IMG/VR virus record: IMGVR_UViG_3300028886_000058
Location: 1-64,000 of that record
DNA length: 64,000 bases
Origin: a virus
Taxonomy: Duplodnaviria > Caudoviricetes
Strand: one strand, 5' to 3'
Shown: positions 7,158-17,888 of the stretch, piece by piece
Numbering within the stretch: the first letter of the stretch is position 1
Layout of the letters: each line of letters opens with the position of its first letter
Made by a program: the position numbers and the translations under genes
The notes under the pieces: model-generated
Database searches by the model: none
The model's input: the letters and a program-made list of their open reading frames with translations, nothing else
What the model was told of the DNA's origin: nothing

Positions 7158-9023
7158 ATGGATAATATGAATGCAGCTGTCATTAATCTGGCAGAGAAAC
7201 ATAATTTTGATGAATGGCGTATTGTAGGAAACGAACTTCAGGTCAAGGGTGTATGTCCCATTTGCTTTGGAGGAAAATCCAAAGACAGAGGAACGTTTTC
7301 GATTAACACTTCTACTGGTGCCTGGAATTGCAAACGTGGAACTTGTGAAGGTATTGACGGCAAAGGTACAAAAGAAGGAAGCTTTAAACAGCTTTGTGAT
7401 TTCTTCGGTGAAGAAATGCCTACAGGATACTCTCTTCCTAAGGTTACTAAACAGCAAAAGAAAATTTACGAAAAGCCGGATACAAGCATTCTCTATCCGA
7501 TGACGGAAGAAATTGTCACATACTTTGCCACAAGAAGGATTTCAGAACAGACTCTTCTCGATTGGAAGATCGCAGCAGATGATAAAGGCAATATCGTATT
7601 TCCGTTCTATCGTGATGGCGTTTTGACATATGTTAAATATCGTAAACCCAAGCCCCATTCTAAAGCTGATGGTCCGAAAGAATGGCAGATGTCTAACACA
7701 GAGCCCATTCTGTATGGCATGGACATGACCGACTTCAATAAGCCTCTTGTAATTTGCGAAGGCGAAATTGATGCTTTGGCTCTTTACGAAGCTGGAGTTT
7801 ATAACGTAGTTTCTGTTCCGTGCGGTTGCAACAATCTTGAATGGGTTAATCTCTGCTGGGAATATCTTGAAAAGTTCAATCAGATTATTCTGTTTGGGGA
7901 TTCTGATGAACCCGGTCTTGAGATGGTATCTACACTCTCCAAGCGGCTTGGTGAAGATCGCTGCATGGTCCCCGGAGAATACCCGGAATTTGTAATGAAT
8001 GGCAAAGACTATAACCGTATTTGCAAAGATGCCAATGAGATTCTTATGTCTTGTGGGCCTGAATATCTTAAGAATATGGTTCTGTCTTGTGAACCTGCGC
8101 CTATTAAAGGTGTTCTTGAACTTTCCAAGATCCCTTTCGTTGATCCTACTACTGTTCCGAGGCTGCTTACAAAGATTCCTGCGCTTGATAACATGATCGG
8201 TGGATTTAGCGAAGGAAGCCTTTGCATTATCAGTGGTAAACGTGGCGAGGGTAAGTCTACTCTAACGGGACCGTTCTGCTTGAACGCTATTTCTCAGGGA
8301 GAAACAGTTTGTGTTTATAGCGGAGAGCTTTCTTCTTATAAATTTCTTGAGTGGATTATGCTTCAGGCAACCGAACGTAAATATATTGAATACAAGACTG
8401 ACGAACGTTCTGGTAAGAATATCTGCTGTGTAAGCGCAGAAATTCAGAAGCGTATTAAAGACTGGCTGGCTGGTAAATTCTTTCTCTACGATAACAGCAT
8501 TGTAACTGACGAAAAACAGACGGAATCTATCCTTAAAGTGTTTGAAGCTTGTGCTCGCAGGTACGGCACTAAGACTTTTGTGTGCGATAACATCATGAGC
8601 GCTTTGGTTTCTGCGGATGAAGAGAATAAAGCTCAGGCAAAGTTTACTGCACAGCTTAAAGCGTTTGCTAATAAGTATAAGGCACACGTAATTTGTGTTG
8701 CTCATCCTCGTAAAACTGCGGCGGGAGCTACCTTTAGCAATGACGATGTAAGTGGTAGTTCTGCTATAACCAATTTGGCTGATGTTGTTCTGAATGTTGA
8801 AAAATCTCCTAAAGGAATTCGAGTGACTAAGAATAGGGACTTTGGTGTAACTGGGTTTATTAATACTTGCTACGATCCTGCAAATCGAAGAATCTTCCAG
8901 TATAACACAGGCGATAAAACTGTTTATGGTTGGGATCATACCGGAATTAAAGAGCCTGAGAACCCTGCAGCTACTCTTGAAGAGTTTGCAGTAGACGACG
9001 GTATTCAGCAGCAGCCATTCTAA
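7158..9023 (+). CDS. Primase-helicase (T7 gp4/Twinkle-like)
   Basis: Zn finger CPIC..CKRGTC, TOPRIM ICEGEID and DSDEPG, Walker A GKRGEGKST, VAHPRK, SGS. Confidence 0.9.
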   Translation: MDNMNAAVINLAEKHNFDEWRIVGNELQVKGVCPICFGGKSKDRGTFSINTSTGAWNCKRGTCEGIDGKGTKEGSFKQLCDFFGEEMPTGYSLPKVTKQQKKIYEKPDTSILYPMTEEIVTYFATRRISEQTLLDWKIAADDKGNIVFPFYRDGVLTYVKYRKPKPHSKADGPKEWQMSNTEPILYGMDMTDFNKPLVICEGEIDALALYEAGVYNVVSVPCGCNNLEWVNLCWEYLEKFNQIILFGDSDEPGLEMVSTLSKRLGEDRCMVPGEYPEFVMNGKDYNRICKDANEILMSCGPEYLKNMVLSCEPAPIKGVLELSKIPFVDPTTVPRLLTKIPALDNMIGGFSEGSLCIISGKRGEGKSTLTGPFCLNAISQGETVCVYSGELSSYKFLEWIMLQATERKYIEYKTDERSGKNICCVSAEIQKRIKDWLAGKFFLYDNSIVTDEKQTESILKVFEACARRYGTKTFVCDNIMSALVSADEENKAQAKFTAQLKAFANKYKAHVICVAHPRKTAAGATFSNDDVSGSSAITNLADVVLNVEKSPKGIRVTKNRDFGVTGFINTCYDPANRRIFQYNTGDKTVYGWDHTGIKEPENPAATLEEFAVDDGIQQQPF

Positions 9024-9032
9024 GGAGAATAA

Positions 9033-9218
9033 ATGAAGTATATAGCTACTATTTTGTACAAAGATGGAACAATGAGCAAAATGTTTTCAACAACAGCGGA
9101 AGCAGAACAATGGTTGGATGAAAACAATAGTAATCTTGAACACACTACAATTATTGAAGAATATGATCAAAACTGGTGGAAAATTGGCGGTTTTATATAC
9201 ACTCAAGGAACAAGTTAA
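9033..9218 (+). CDS. Hypothetical protein
   Basis: RBS AAGGAG, in operon. Confidence 0.6.
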   Translation: MKYIATILYKDGTMSKMFSTTAEAEQWLDENNSNLEHTTIIEEYDQNWWKIGGFIYTQGTS

Positions 9219-9224
9219 GAAAGG

Positions 9225-10073
9225 GTGATTCCATTGGGATTACTAGGTGATGATCATGTATATTCTTATTCGCAGTTAAGTTCTTTTGATGAATGCAAAT
9301 ATGGGTTTTATCTTCAAAGAATTGAAGGCATTGAAGAAGAAAGCAGTAATGCATTTGCGGAGCGAGGTTCTTTAATTCATGATTTATTGGATCGTTGGGC
9401 AAAGAAAATACTTACAAAAGAACAAATGCTTGACGAATATGAACGACGATATTCAAACGAAGTAGTAACAGCATGGCCTAGATTACAAGCAGCTAAAGGG
9501 TATGCAAAAAAGGCATATGAAAACGGGATTCAGTTTTTAAAAGACTTCGATGAGTTTGAAGGGTATGAAGTTATTTCAGCAGAGGAGAAGTTTAAGCTGA
9601 ATCTTAAATTAACCAATGGAGAAGAACGCCCTTTTATTGGCATTGTCGATATGATACTAAGAGATCTTAAAACGAATGACATTATTGTATGTGATCATAA
9701 GTCAAAGTCGATGTCATCTTTTAAGAAAGACCAAGACAAAATGTATCGACAACAACTTTTATATTCTACTTATATAAAAGAAAAGTTTGGTAAGTTTCCA
9801 GAAATTTTAATGTTTCATTTATTCAATGAAAACGGTGTCAAACCTCAACGGCTTTTCTCTCAGGAAGAATACGACGAATCTTTAGAGTGGGCAACCAAAC
9901 AAATACTTGGTATCGAAGAGTGTTCGTTGATTGATTGGCTTGAGTGCAAGGAAAAGTCTGATTATTTTTGTTGGAATATTTGTGGAGCACGAAAGGCTTG
10001 TCCAAATGGAATAGAACCAACACGAAAGAAAAAGACAGAAGAATATGAAGGGTATAAAGGTGATTTATTTTGA
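9225..10073 (+). CDS. PD-(D/E)XK exonuclease (RecB/Cas4-like)
   Basis: YSYSQL...C, G...H, E, GIVD, DHKS and a C-terminal Cys cluster. Confidence 0.82.
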   Translation: MIPLGLLGDDHVYSYSQLSSFDECKYGFYLQRIEGIEEESSNAFAERGSLIHDLLDRWAKKILTKEQMLDEYERRYSNEVVTAWPRLQAAKGYAKKAYENGIQFLKDFDEFEGYEVISAEEKFKLNLKLTNGEERPFIGIVDMILRDLKTNDIIVCDHKSKSMSSFKKDQDKMYRQQLLYSTYIKEKFGKFPEILMFHLFNENGVKPQRLFSQEEYDESLEWATKQILGIEECSLIDWLECKEKSDYFCWNICGARKACPNGIEPTRKKKTEEYEGYKGDLF

Positions 10074-10720
10074 TTGAATATCATAAGATTGGCACACTGT
10101 TTCAGAGAGATGTTGAAGGTACTAAAAAACTTATTGAAGGCATGTATTGTAATGATACTGTTCGGTTTCTTAAAGATCTTTATTGGGATTGGACGGAAAA
10201 GGTAGACGGAACAAATATTAGAGTTCATTGGGATGGACACAAGGTTGAATTTGGTGGACGTACTGATAATGCTAGCATTCCAGCTTCGTTGGTTGCCAAA
10301 TTGAACGAATATTTCGGTGGAGAAACTAACGCACAATTGTTTGAACAGACATTTGGTGATCGTGACGTATACATAATGGGCGAAGGTTACGGAACCAAGA
10401 TTCAAAACGGTGGAGACTACACAGATAATAAAGGCGTAGATTTTATTATGTTTGATTTGAAGATCGGCGCTAATTATCAGGATAGGGCTTCTGTTGAAAG
10501 ATGTGCAGAAACGTTTGGAATTAAAGTGGTTCCAGTTGTTGGTTGCGGAGATCTTGATGCTGCAGTTAAGTATGTAAAATCACATCCTATGTCTTTTCTT
10601 GGTAACGGCAAACACGAAATGGAAGGTATAGTATGCAGACCGATGGTAGAACTGAATGATCGTTGTCATAATAGAGTAATTGTAAAAATAAAATGGAATG
10701 ATTTTAAGGAGTTAACATGA
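10070..10720 (+). CDS. RNA ligase (Rnl2-like nucleotidyltransferase)
   Basis: EKVDGTN (KxDG), GE, FD, EGIV and KIK motifs. Confidence 0.78.
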   Translation: MIEYHKIGTLFQRDVEGTKKLIEGMYCNDTVRFLKDLYWDWTEKVDGTNIRVHWDGHKVEFGGRTDNASIPASLVAKLNEYFGGETNAQLFEQTFGDRDVYIMGEGYGTKIQNGGDYTDNKGVDFIMFDLKIGANYQDRASVERCAETFGIKVVPVVGCGDLDAAVKYVKSHPMSFLGNGKHEMEGIVCRPMVELNDRCHNRVIVKIKWNDFKELT

Positions 10721-11109
10721 GAGTTACAAAAGCAATTCGCGAATATGTAGAAGATGAAATTTACAAGAAGTATCAAGTGAAAATCGATGAAATTGGAAAA
10801 GAATATGAACAAACTAGACGAGACATTGTCGAACATGTAAAAGATATTATGGAAAAAGCCTCTAAAGATGCAGAAAAATATATTGCGTCAAGAGGTTTTG
10901 AGTATGACTATGGATATCGTGGATGTTGTTTGTTTAGTATTACAGGAAACATACAGAAAAAGAACATTGAGGAAGCCAACTATAAAGAAAAAGATTTATT
11001 TCGAACAAAAATGAGAGAAAAGACAAAGCAGGTTTTGTTCGATCTTGAAATGGGAGAAACTGGAAAAGCAGAGCTTAAAAATGTTCTTGACAATATCACT
11101 GTTGATTAA
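10717..11109 (+). CDS. Hypothetical protein
   Basis: Overlapping start/stop, RBS. Confidence 0.65.
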   Translation: MRVTKAIREYVEDEIYKKYQVKIDEIGKEYEQTRRDIVEHVKDIMEKASKDAEKYIASRGFEYDYGYRGCCLFSITGNIQKKNIEEANYKEKDLFRTKMREKTKQVLFDLEMGETGKAELKNVLDNITVD

Positions 11110-11152
11110 CTTTTATGTTTGAGTCTTATTGACACCAAAGTGAGGAAGTAAA

Positions 11153-11398
11153 ATGGATGAAGAAGTTAATTTAACAGAACATCGTGCAATGGTGTATCTA
11201 CCTGAAAATTCTGTTGAGATCGAGATAAACTGCAAAGTATTTAACGACGGTGAACTTTTAAATGTACGCAAAGTTCTAAAAATGTCTGATATCCGTGATG
11301 CATTTCAAAAAGCAGATGACGGATATATCGACGATGAAGATAGATTTGTGCTTACTGAAAAAGGTTTGAAATGGCTGGAAGAACAAAAGGAGGAATAA
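11153..11398 (+). CDS. Hypothetical protein
   Basis: RBS GAGG, in operon. Confidence 0.6.
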   Translation: MDEEVNLTEHRAMVYLPENSVEIEINCKVFNDGELLNVRKVLKMSDIRDAFQKADDGYIDDEDRFVLTEKGLKWLEEQKEE

Positions 11399-11400
11399 TT

Positions 11401-11886
11401 ATGAACAAATTAAAACTTTCTCCCCCGTGGGCTGAATACGTAAATAAAATTAAAGCATTGTTTGAAAAAGATCATGATATCAGAGTCGAATACGACGAAG
11501 ATAAGATGAATCTTGTAATTAAAGTTGATGATACCGACAAATATGAAGCATTAACAAAGCTTCTTCCAGAAATGAAAGACTTTGGCGGTGTCGAACTTTT
11601 AATTACTATTATTCCAGCTAACACAAAAACTAAAAATAGTAGCTATTATATTAAAAAACTTTTTAGTGGAAATAACTCAGTAGTTGAAATTCAGGATGTA
11701 ACTATTGGAACAAATCCAATGACATTTGTATCTTTTGAAAAGGAAGTTATTCAATACTACAACGATAACATTGGAGATCTTCACGGTTTGAGATCTACAC
11801 TCATGGAGAATATTGCGCGTGAAGTGTTTGAAGGTTTAGACGGCGTATATTTCTGTACAGATAATGATGCATGCATGCCGTGGTAA
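11401..11886 (+). CDS. Hypothetical protein
   Basis: Strong RBS AGGAGG before ATG 11401. Confidence 0.7.
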   Translation: MNKLKLSPPWAEYVNKIKALFEKDHDIRVEYDEDKMNLVIKVDDTDKYEALTKLLPEMKDFGGVELLITIIPANTKTKNSSYYIKKLFSGNNSVVEIQDVTIGTNPMTFVSFEKEVIQYYNDNIGDLHGLRSTLMENIAREVFEGLDGVYFCTDNDACMPW

Positions 11887-11897
11887 GAGGTGATTGA

Positions 11898-12308
11898 ATG
11901 ATAACATCAAAAGCCTTTTGGGAAAACGAAGAGATTGTTTTATTTGATAAAGGATCTGGTATATGGACGTTTTATCGTAAATCAAATATCCCAGAAAACA
12001 ATCCATGGAAAGTTATAGAAGATCCTGAGAATTATATGTTGCGAATGATTGCAGTTAGATCTGGTACTGAAGTTACTAAAAAATATTATGTAACACCTCC
12101 AGACAAACTTGAATGGTGGATGGGTACATATACTTATTTACCATCTGGTGAATGTATACATTGTGATCCAATTATGTATGGAAATGATGATGCAGATGCT
12201 TATGATCCGGAAAATGATATATCTGATACAACTATGAATGTTGTATTGCACTGCGAAGGTATAATACCAACAAAAGATGAAAATGGTAAAAAACGTATTG
12301 TAAACTAA
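11898..12308 (+). CDS. Hypothetical protein
   Basis: RBS GAGGTG. Confidence 0.65.
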   Translation: MITSKAFWENEEIVLFDKGSGIWTFYRKSNIPENNPWKVIEDPENYMLRMIAVRSGTEVTKKYYVTPPDKLEWWMGTYTYLPSGECIHCDPIMYGNDDADAYDPENDISDTTMNVVLHCEGIIPTKDENGKKRIVN

Positions 12309-12332
12309 AAAACGAACCATAAAACAAAAAGG

Positions 12333-13880
12333 ATGATACGTACCATGTTGGAATACGAACCGTATCATGTTCATACATCATATTCTAATTGTTTAACGCA
12401 ACCAGATTCAACAATGTCAATTGAGGATTATGCCAAAGTATATAGAGAAAGAGGGCATCGTGTTCTATGTATTTCCGAACATGGAAACAGATCTAATGTT
12501 TGGCAACAGTTTGAACTGGCAAAAAAATATTCTGACGAAAACTTCAAGATGACTCCATTAGCAGCAGCAGAAACCTATTTTGTACCAGACAGAACGATTA
12601 AGGAACATAGAGGTTTTCATTTAATTCTTGTTGCTAAAAATATGGAAGGACTTTATCAGCTTAACGAGATTCTTTCTGAAGCGAATCTAAGTGGTTTTTA
12701 TTATCATGCCAGAATTGATTTTGATTTATTACGAAGGATAGATTATAAAAACTTCTTATGCACGAGCGCATGTGTTGCTGGTCCAACAGATGAGACAATG
12801 TTAACGGAGCTTTATAATATCTTTAGAGAGAATTTCTATCTTGAAGTGCAAGGGCATCCACAAGAAGTACAAGTAGAAAGAAATAAATGGATGCTGGAAC
12901 TGTCTAAAAAACATAGATGGCCTTTGATATATGGAACCGACAGTCATTATGTATATGAAGAAGAAAAAGATCTTCGCCGTGAATTATTGCTGGCTTCAAA
13001 AATAACTTACGGAAATGAAGACGAATTTCTGCTATTTCTTCCAACTGCGGAAATTGCTTTAAAAATGCTTAAAGATCAAGGTGTTCTAAACATGGCTCAA
13101 ATAGAAGAAGCTATGGAAAATACTTTGATTCTAAGAGAGTTTGAAGGTATTCATTTTACTAATGAGAAAAAAATACCAAATCCATATCCAGATGTGCCAT
13201 TAGACAGAAGAAACTATTTGTATAAAAAGACAGTTTGTGATGAGTATATACGAAAAGCAGGAATGCCAAATAAAGAAGAAGCTGCTGAAATACATGCTGA
13301 AATGGATACTATGACAAGCACAGGAACTGCTGATTATCCATTAATAATGAAACGCATAATAGATAAAGGAATAGAATATGGTGGAGTCTTAACTAAGACT
13401 GGAAGAGGCTCTGGGGCATCATTTGTTTCTAATTATGCGATGGGATTCAGTTCAATAAATAGACTAAAGGCTCCTGTAAAAATGTATCCTGAAAGATTTA
13501 TTTCAGCAGACAGGCTGGCAAATGGATTACCTGATTTGGATTGCAACATGGCTAATGTCGAGGCTTTTGAAAAGGCAGGAAAGGAAATACTTGGTGAGTA
13601 TGGATGTCTGCCTATGATAGCTTACGGCACAGCGAAAACTCTTTCAGCGTTTAAGCTATTGGCTCGTGCAAGAGATCTGGATTTTGAAACTGCAAATGAA
13701 GTTGCAAAACAAATTCAGAATTATGAGCTTGATGTAAAACATGCAAAAGAAAACAATGCTGACGATCCAGATTATGATGTTGATGATTATGTTAAGATAG
13801 AATCGTATGTTGAAGATAAATATCTTGAATTAATTGAAGCATCTAAAAAATATAAAGGTATCGTTACAAACCTATCGCCT
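12333..13880 (+). CDS. dnaE: DNA polymerase III alpha, exon 1 (PHP and palm)
   Basis: HVHTSYS, SEHG, TDSHY, GRGSG and PDLD motifs; ends ..NLSP at the 5' splice site. Confidence 0.9.
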
Positions 13881-14885
13881 CAGATTGGGGCTGCATAATG
13901 GCGACATTATGTGAATCATGGTGAACCTAGAAATCTAGGGTGTCGTATGAAATACGGCTAACGGGGAAAGCTAAAAGTGATAGCTTTTGGAGTGATGCGC
14001 ATGCCGCATTGGAAAGATTTGACCGGATATAGATCTGGTTATCTAGAAGCTATTGAAATAGTAGAAGGAAGCGGAGGACCAGGAAAACACACAAGATGGT
14101 TATGTAAATGCCACAGATGTGGAAAGATAGTTGATGTTGAAAGCGGACATCTTACTAGTTCTTGGAGACCGCAATTAAGTTGTTGCTTAAAAGGAAGTAT
14201 CGAATCTTCTACAAGAAAAGATTTAACAAATGAAATATTCGGATGCTTGAGAGCTGATCATGTTGCTAAAAATGGTTCAAACGGAAAACACGTTAAATGG
14301 GCATGTGAATGTATTTGTGGAAATTGGACTGTGGTTGACGCAAGCGATCTAACTAAAGGCAATATTATCAGCTGTGGTTGTAAAGCCATGTCAAAAGGTG
14401 AGTTAGCTGTGTATGCCATTCTTAAAGATATGGGAATTAAATTTGGAACACAGTATATTCTAAACGACTTGACGACTAAAGCTGGTGGGCATCCAAGAAT
14501 GGATTTTGTTATATATAACGATGATTATACGATAAAAGCTTTTATAGAATATCAAGGTGAATTACATTATATTGATACTGGAGATTTTGGGAGAACTGTT
14601 AGAGAAGAAACAGACCCAATGAAGAAGGAATATTGTAAACAAATGAACATACCTTTGTATGAAATTAAGTACACAGAAAATATTCCTCAATCTGTTACTA
14701 ATATTTTGTTATCACTCATGCTAATCCCGTGCCAAGCTCCGTAAGGAGAAGGTGTATCGACTATCCTGTAAAGGAGTAGGATCTACGTGAAATTCGTAGT
14801 TCCGAAGTGCCATGCTCTCGCAATTGCGAGATGAAGATATAGTCAAAGAGACGACAAAAGCGGATGGAAACATCCATGTCTCTTG
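13881..14885 (+). mobile_element. Group I intron 1 in dnaE
   Basis: Exon ends in U paired in a P1 stem with GGGG; core blocks shared with intron 2 (GCTAACGG, CCGTGCCAAGC, CGACTA, ATAGTC); terminal G14885; splicing restores LSP|HPCA. Confidence 0.88.
13977..14744 (+). CDS. Intron-encoded homing endonuclease (Cys-rich repeats plus Vsr/PD-(D/E)XK-like domain)
   Basis: Two DLT.....L...W.C.C.CG...SC repeats; RMDF...IEYQGELH. Confidence 0.75.
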   Translation: MIAFGVMRMPHWKDLTGYRSGYLEAIEIVEGSGGPGKHTRWLCKCHRCGKIVDVESGHLTSSWRPQLSCCLKGSIESSTRKDLTNEIFGCLRADHVAKNGSNGKHVKWACECICGNWTVVDASDLTKGNIISCGCKAMSKGELAVYAILKDMGIKFGTQYILNDLTTKAGGHPRMDFVIYNDDYTIKAFIEYQGELHYIDTGDFGRTVREETDPMKKEYCKQMNIPLYEIKYTENIPQSVTNILLSLMLIPCQAP

Positions 14886-15466
14886 CATCCCTGCGCACAT
14901 CTTCTGTCGGACAAAGATCTTCGCAGAGAGATAGGTATAATAAGGGTTAAGTCAAAGACTGGTTCAAAAGAACCTGTATATGCTGCGTACATAGATGGTA
15001 AAACAGCAGACTCTTATAATTATTTGAAAGCGGACTTTCTTCGAGTTGATGTTGTTAAAGTAATTTCTGATACATTTAAACTCATAGGACAACCCGTTAT
15101 GTCTGTAGATGAACTTTTGAATGCTGTTAAAGACGATAAAGAAGTCTGGAGATTGTATTCAGATGGATTTACGATGGGCTTAAACCAGGTAGAGCGAGCT
15201 AAGTCATCTGAACGATGTCACGTATATAAACCAAAAAACGTGACAGAGTTAGCTGCTTTTATTGCAGCTATAAGACCTGGTTTTAAATCAATGCTTCAAA
15301 CGTTCATTAACAGAGAACGGTTTTCTTATCAAATTCCTTCTTTGGATAAATTGTTAGCTACCAAAGAAATACCAGACAGCTTCTTAATGTTTGATGAACA
15401 GATCTTGCAAATTTTGAAAGCCGCTGGAATTCCTGGTCCAAAAGCATATGCAACGACAAAAGCCAT
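14886..15466 (+). CDS. dnaE: DNA polymerase III alpha, exon 2
   Basis: HPCA, LKADFL, GLNQ, IRPG, FDEQI. Confidence 0.88.
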
Positions 15467-16456
15467 TAAGAATTAGTGGCAATATACAGTAATGTATGTT
15501 GAAAATGTGGTGAACCTACAAATGTAGGGTGTCTCAAAAGAGGCTAACGGTAAAAAGCTAAATAAAACAGAAAGGAGGCGTTCATATGAAAGATATAATT
15601 GGAAACAAGTATGGAATGTTAACAGTTATCGAAAGAGCTGGGAAAGCTGGAACAGTTCAGCTAATAAAGTGTTTATGTGATTGCGGAAATACTTGTATTG
15701 TCAGATATCCAAACTTAACATCTGGAACAACTTCATCTTGCGGATGTTTGAAAAGTAAAAAATCATCTAAAAGATTTTTAAAAGATTTAACTGGTAAAAG
15801 ATTTGGAGAGCTGACAGTAAAAGGAAGAGCATCAAACATCGGTGGAAAGAAAGTGCGTTGGGTTTGCGAATGCACTTGTGGCAGTGTTTGCGTTTGCAGT
15901 GGAAGCAATTTAAAGAGTGGTAATACAAAAAGTTGTGGTTGTATGAGAGCAAGCATAAACGAAGGTATTATTATTAACTATCTTAGACATTATGGTTTTG
16001 TTTTCGAAAAAGAAGCAAAGTTCGATGATTTAAAAGCTTCTAATGGACGTCCTCTTAGGTTTGATTTTAAAATATATACAGTCGATGGGTTTTTCTTGTT
16101 AGAATATCAAGGTGAACAACATTTCAAACCAGACACCTGGTCTGATATCGGAAGAACGTCAAGAGAATACACAGACGCTATGAAGATTGAATATTGTAAA
16201 AAGAATAAAATAAACCTTGAATTTATAACATATATAGAAGATACATTATTAAAACTGGATTATATTTTAAATAAATATGAAGTTTTACATGTTGATACCG
16301 TGCCAAGCTCGCAGGTAACTGCGTGAAGGTGTAACGACTATTCCGTACGGAAGTAGCTGTATGGTGAAACTCCATCAGTGAAGCGCCACACAACCTATTG
16401 GGTTGATGAGATAGTCTACTCCCTTAATAAATATCGGGAAACCGAGGGTAATGTGG
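15467..16456 (+). mobile_element. Group I intron 2 in dnaE
   Basis: P1 GCCAT|T-aagaatt-AGTGGC with a U-G pair; core homologous to intron 1; terminal G16456; splicing gives AIKKKK in frame with ORF 16611. Confidence 0.87.
15586..16326 (+). CDS. Intron-encoded homing endonuclease, paralog of 13977-14744
   Basis: DLTGKRFGELTV..W.CECTCG..SCGC repeats; LRFDF...LEYQGEQH; RBS AGGAGG. Confidence 0.78.
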   Translation: MKDIIGNKYGMLTVIERAGKAGTVQLIKCLCDCGNTCIVRYPNLTSGTTSSCGCLKSKKSSKRFLKDLTGKRFGELTVKGRASNIGGKKVRWVCECTCGSVCVCSGSNLKSGNTKSCGCMRASINEGIIINYLRHYGFVFEKEAKFDDLKASNGRPLRFDFKIYTVDGFFLLEYQGEQHFKPDTWSDIGRTSREYTDAMKIEYCKKNKINLEFITYIEDTLLKLDYILNKYEVLHVDTVPSSQVTA

Positions 16457-17498
16457 TAAGAAAAAGAAGACTGAAAAAGTATTAGAAGCGAAAGAAGAAT
16501 TCAAGAAAGGATTTACAAAAGTTCTTCAAGAACAAGAAGGTGCATCAGAAGAAAAGGCACACCAGACAGTAGAACAGATCTGGAGAATTATAGAAGACGC
16601 GGCAAATTATATGTTTTGTGCAGCTCATGCGTTCTCAATGGCGTGTGACAGTTTATACGCTGCATGGTTAAAAGTTCATTATCCGTATGAACTATATATA
16701 ACCATGTTAAAGTTATACGATGAAAAGAAAAACACGGACAAAATATCAGCAATTATAAGCGAAATGAAACGCTATAAGAACATTAGCTTAACTGCCGGAA
16801 GATTTGGACAAGACAACAGAGACTGGGTTATGGACAAGGAACGTAAAACAATATCTCAGTCTTTATCAAGTATCCGATTTATGAGCAAGCAAGCTGCACG
16901 AGACCTACAGAAACTGGGCGTCAACTCGTACTCTACTTTCACAGACGTATTGCGGGCCATTCAGATGGAGACATGCCTCGACACAAGGCAAATCTGTATT
17001 CTGATTGAGCTTAATTACTTTGAACAGTTTGGCAAGCCAGGAAAGTTAATGAAGGTATATAAAGAATTTTTTGAAGGAAAAAACAAACTTACAAAGACTG
17101 TTAAATCATATGAAGCAAGGCTTGAACTATGCCGTAAATTTGAAAAAGAGTTGGCAGATGAAGATTTAGATGTAAAGATAAGGCTTGCTTCAGAACTTTC
17201 AAATGTTGGGTTGTGTTTATCGACAGACAATTCTCAACCAGATAATTTGTATTTTGTAAGAAACGTTGACGACAAATATGGAATTAAAACAACGCTTTAT
17301 TCTGTTAAACGTGGTACAACTGGACTTGTAAGAATAAGAAAAAATGATTTCGCAAAGAAACCCTTTGAAGAGGGAAATTGCATTACAATTAACAAACATA
17401 CTATAAGTCCGAGGTTTACATATAAAGGCGGACAAAAAGCAGAAATACCCGGAGAAAAAGATATCTGGGTAGAAAGTTATTCAGTGCTCCCACAGTAA
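16457..17498 (+). CDS. dnaE: DNA polymerase III alpha, exon 3
   Basis: KKKK...ANYMFCAAHA (equivalent of GYGFNKSHA), AWLKVHYP. Spliced CDS is 3171 nt, 1056 aa. Confidence 0.88.
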
Positions 17499-17819
17499 TT
17501 GATGGAGGCAAAAGAAATGAAACACATTTATAGTCAGGAAGGGTTGTTTGGAGAGATTAATCATTATGACGAAAATGGTTATATTGGTTATTCTCAAGAG
17601 GGACTCTTTGGTGAAATGAATCACTACGATGCAAATGGAAATTATGTAGGTTATAGTGTTGAAGGAATTATAGCCGGAGCAAATCATTATAGTACAGAAG
17701 GATATGAAGGATATAGTGTGCCTGGTATCGTAGGTGGAGAAATTCATCACACAAATTTCGGAGATGGATTTAGCGCAGTAAATATCATTGACGGGTTTGA
17801 CACATGGATTGACGAATAA
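17499..17819 (+). CDS. Small protein with internal Gly/Tyr-rich repeats
   Basis: Repeated YSxEG..GE.NHYDxNG units. Confidence 0.65.
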   Translation: MMEAKEMKHIYSQEGLFGEINHYDENGYIGYSQEGLFGEMNHYDANGNYVGYSVEGIIAGANHYSTEGYEGYSVPGIVGGEIHHTNFGDGFSAVNIIDGFDTWIDE

Positions 17820-17888
17820 GTGGGAGCATCATTCTGAGACGGTCGGCACCAAAGCCGACCGTCTCCGTTAGTAAGGAGTGAAGTTCTC

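Noticed and set aside
13881-16456. dnaE as pseudogene, intein-split or stop-codon recoded
   Set aside because: Group I intron cores and exact in-frame junctions explain the breaks; other genes read normally in code 11.
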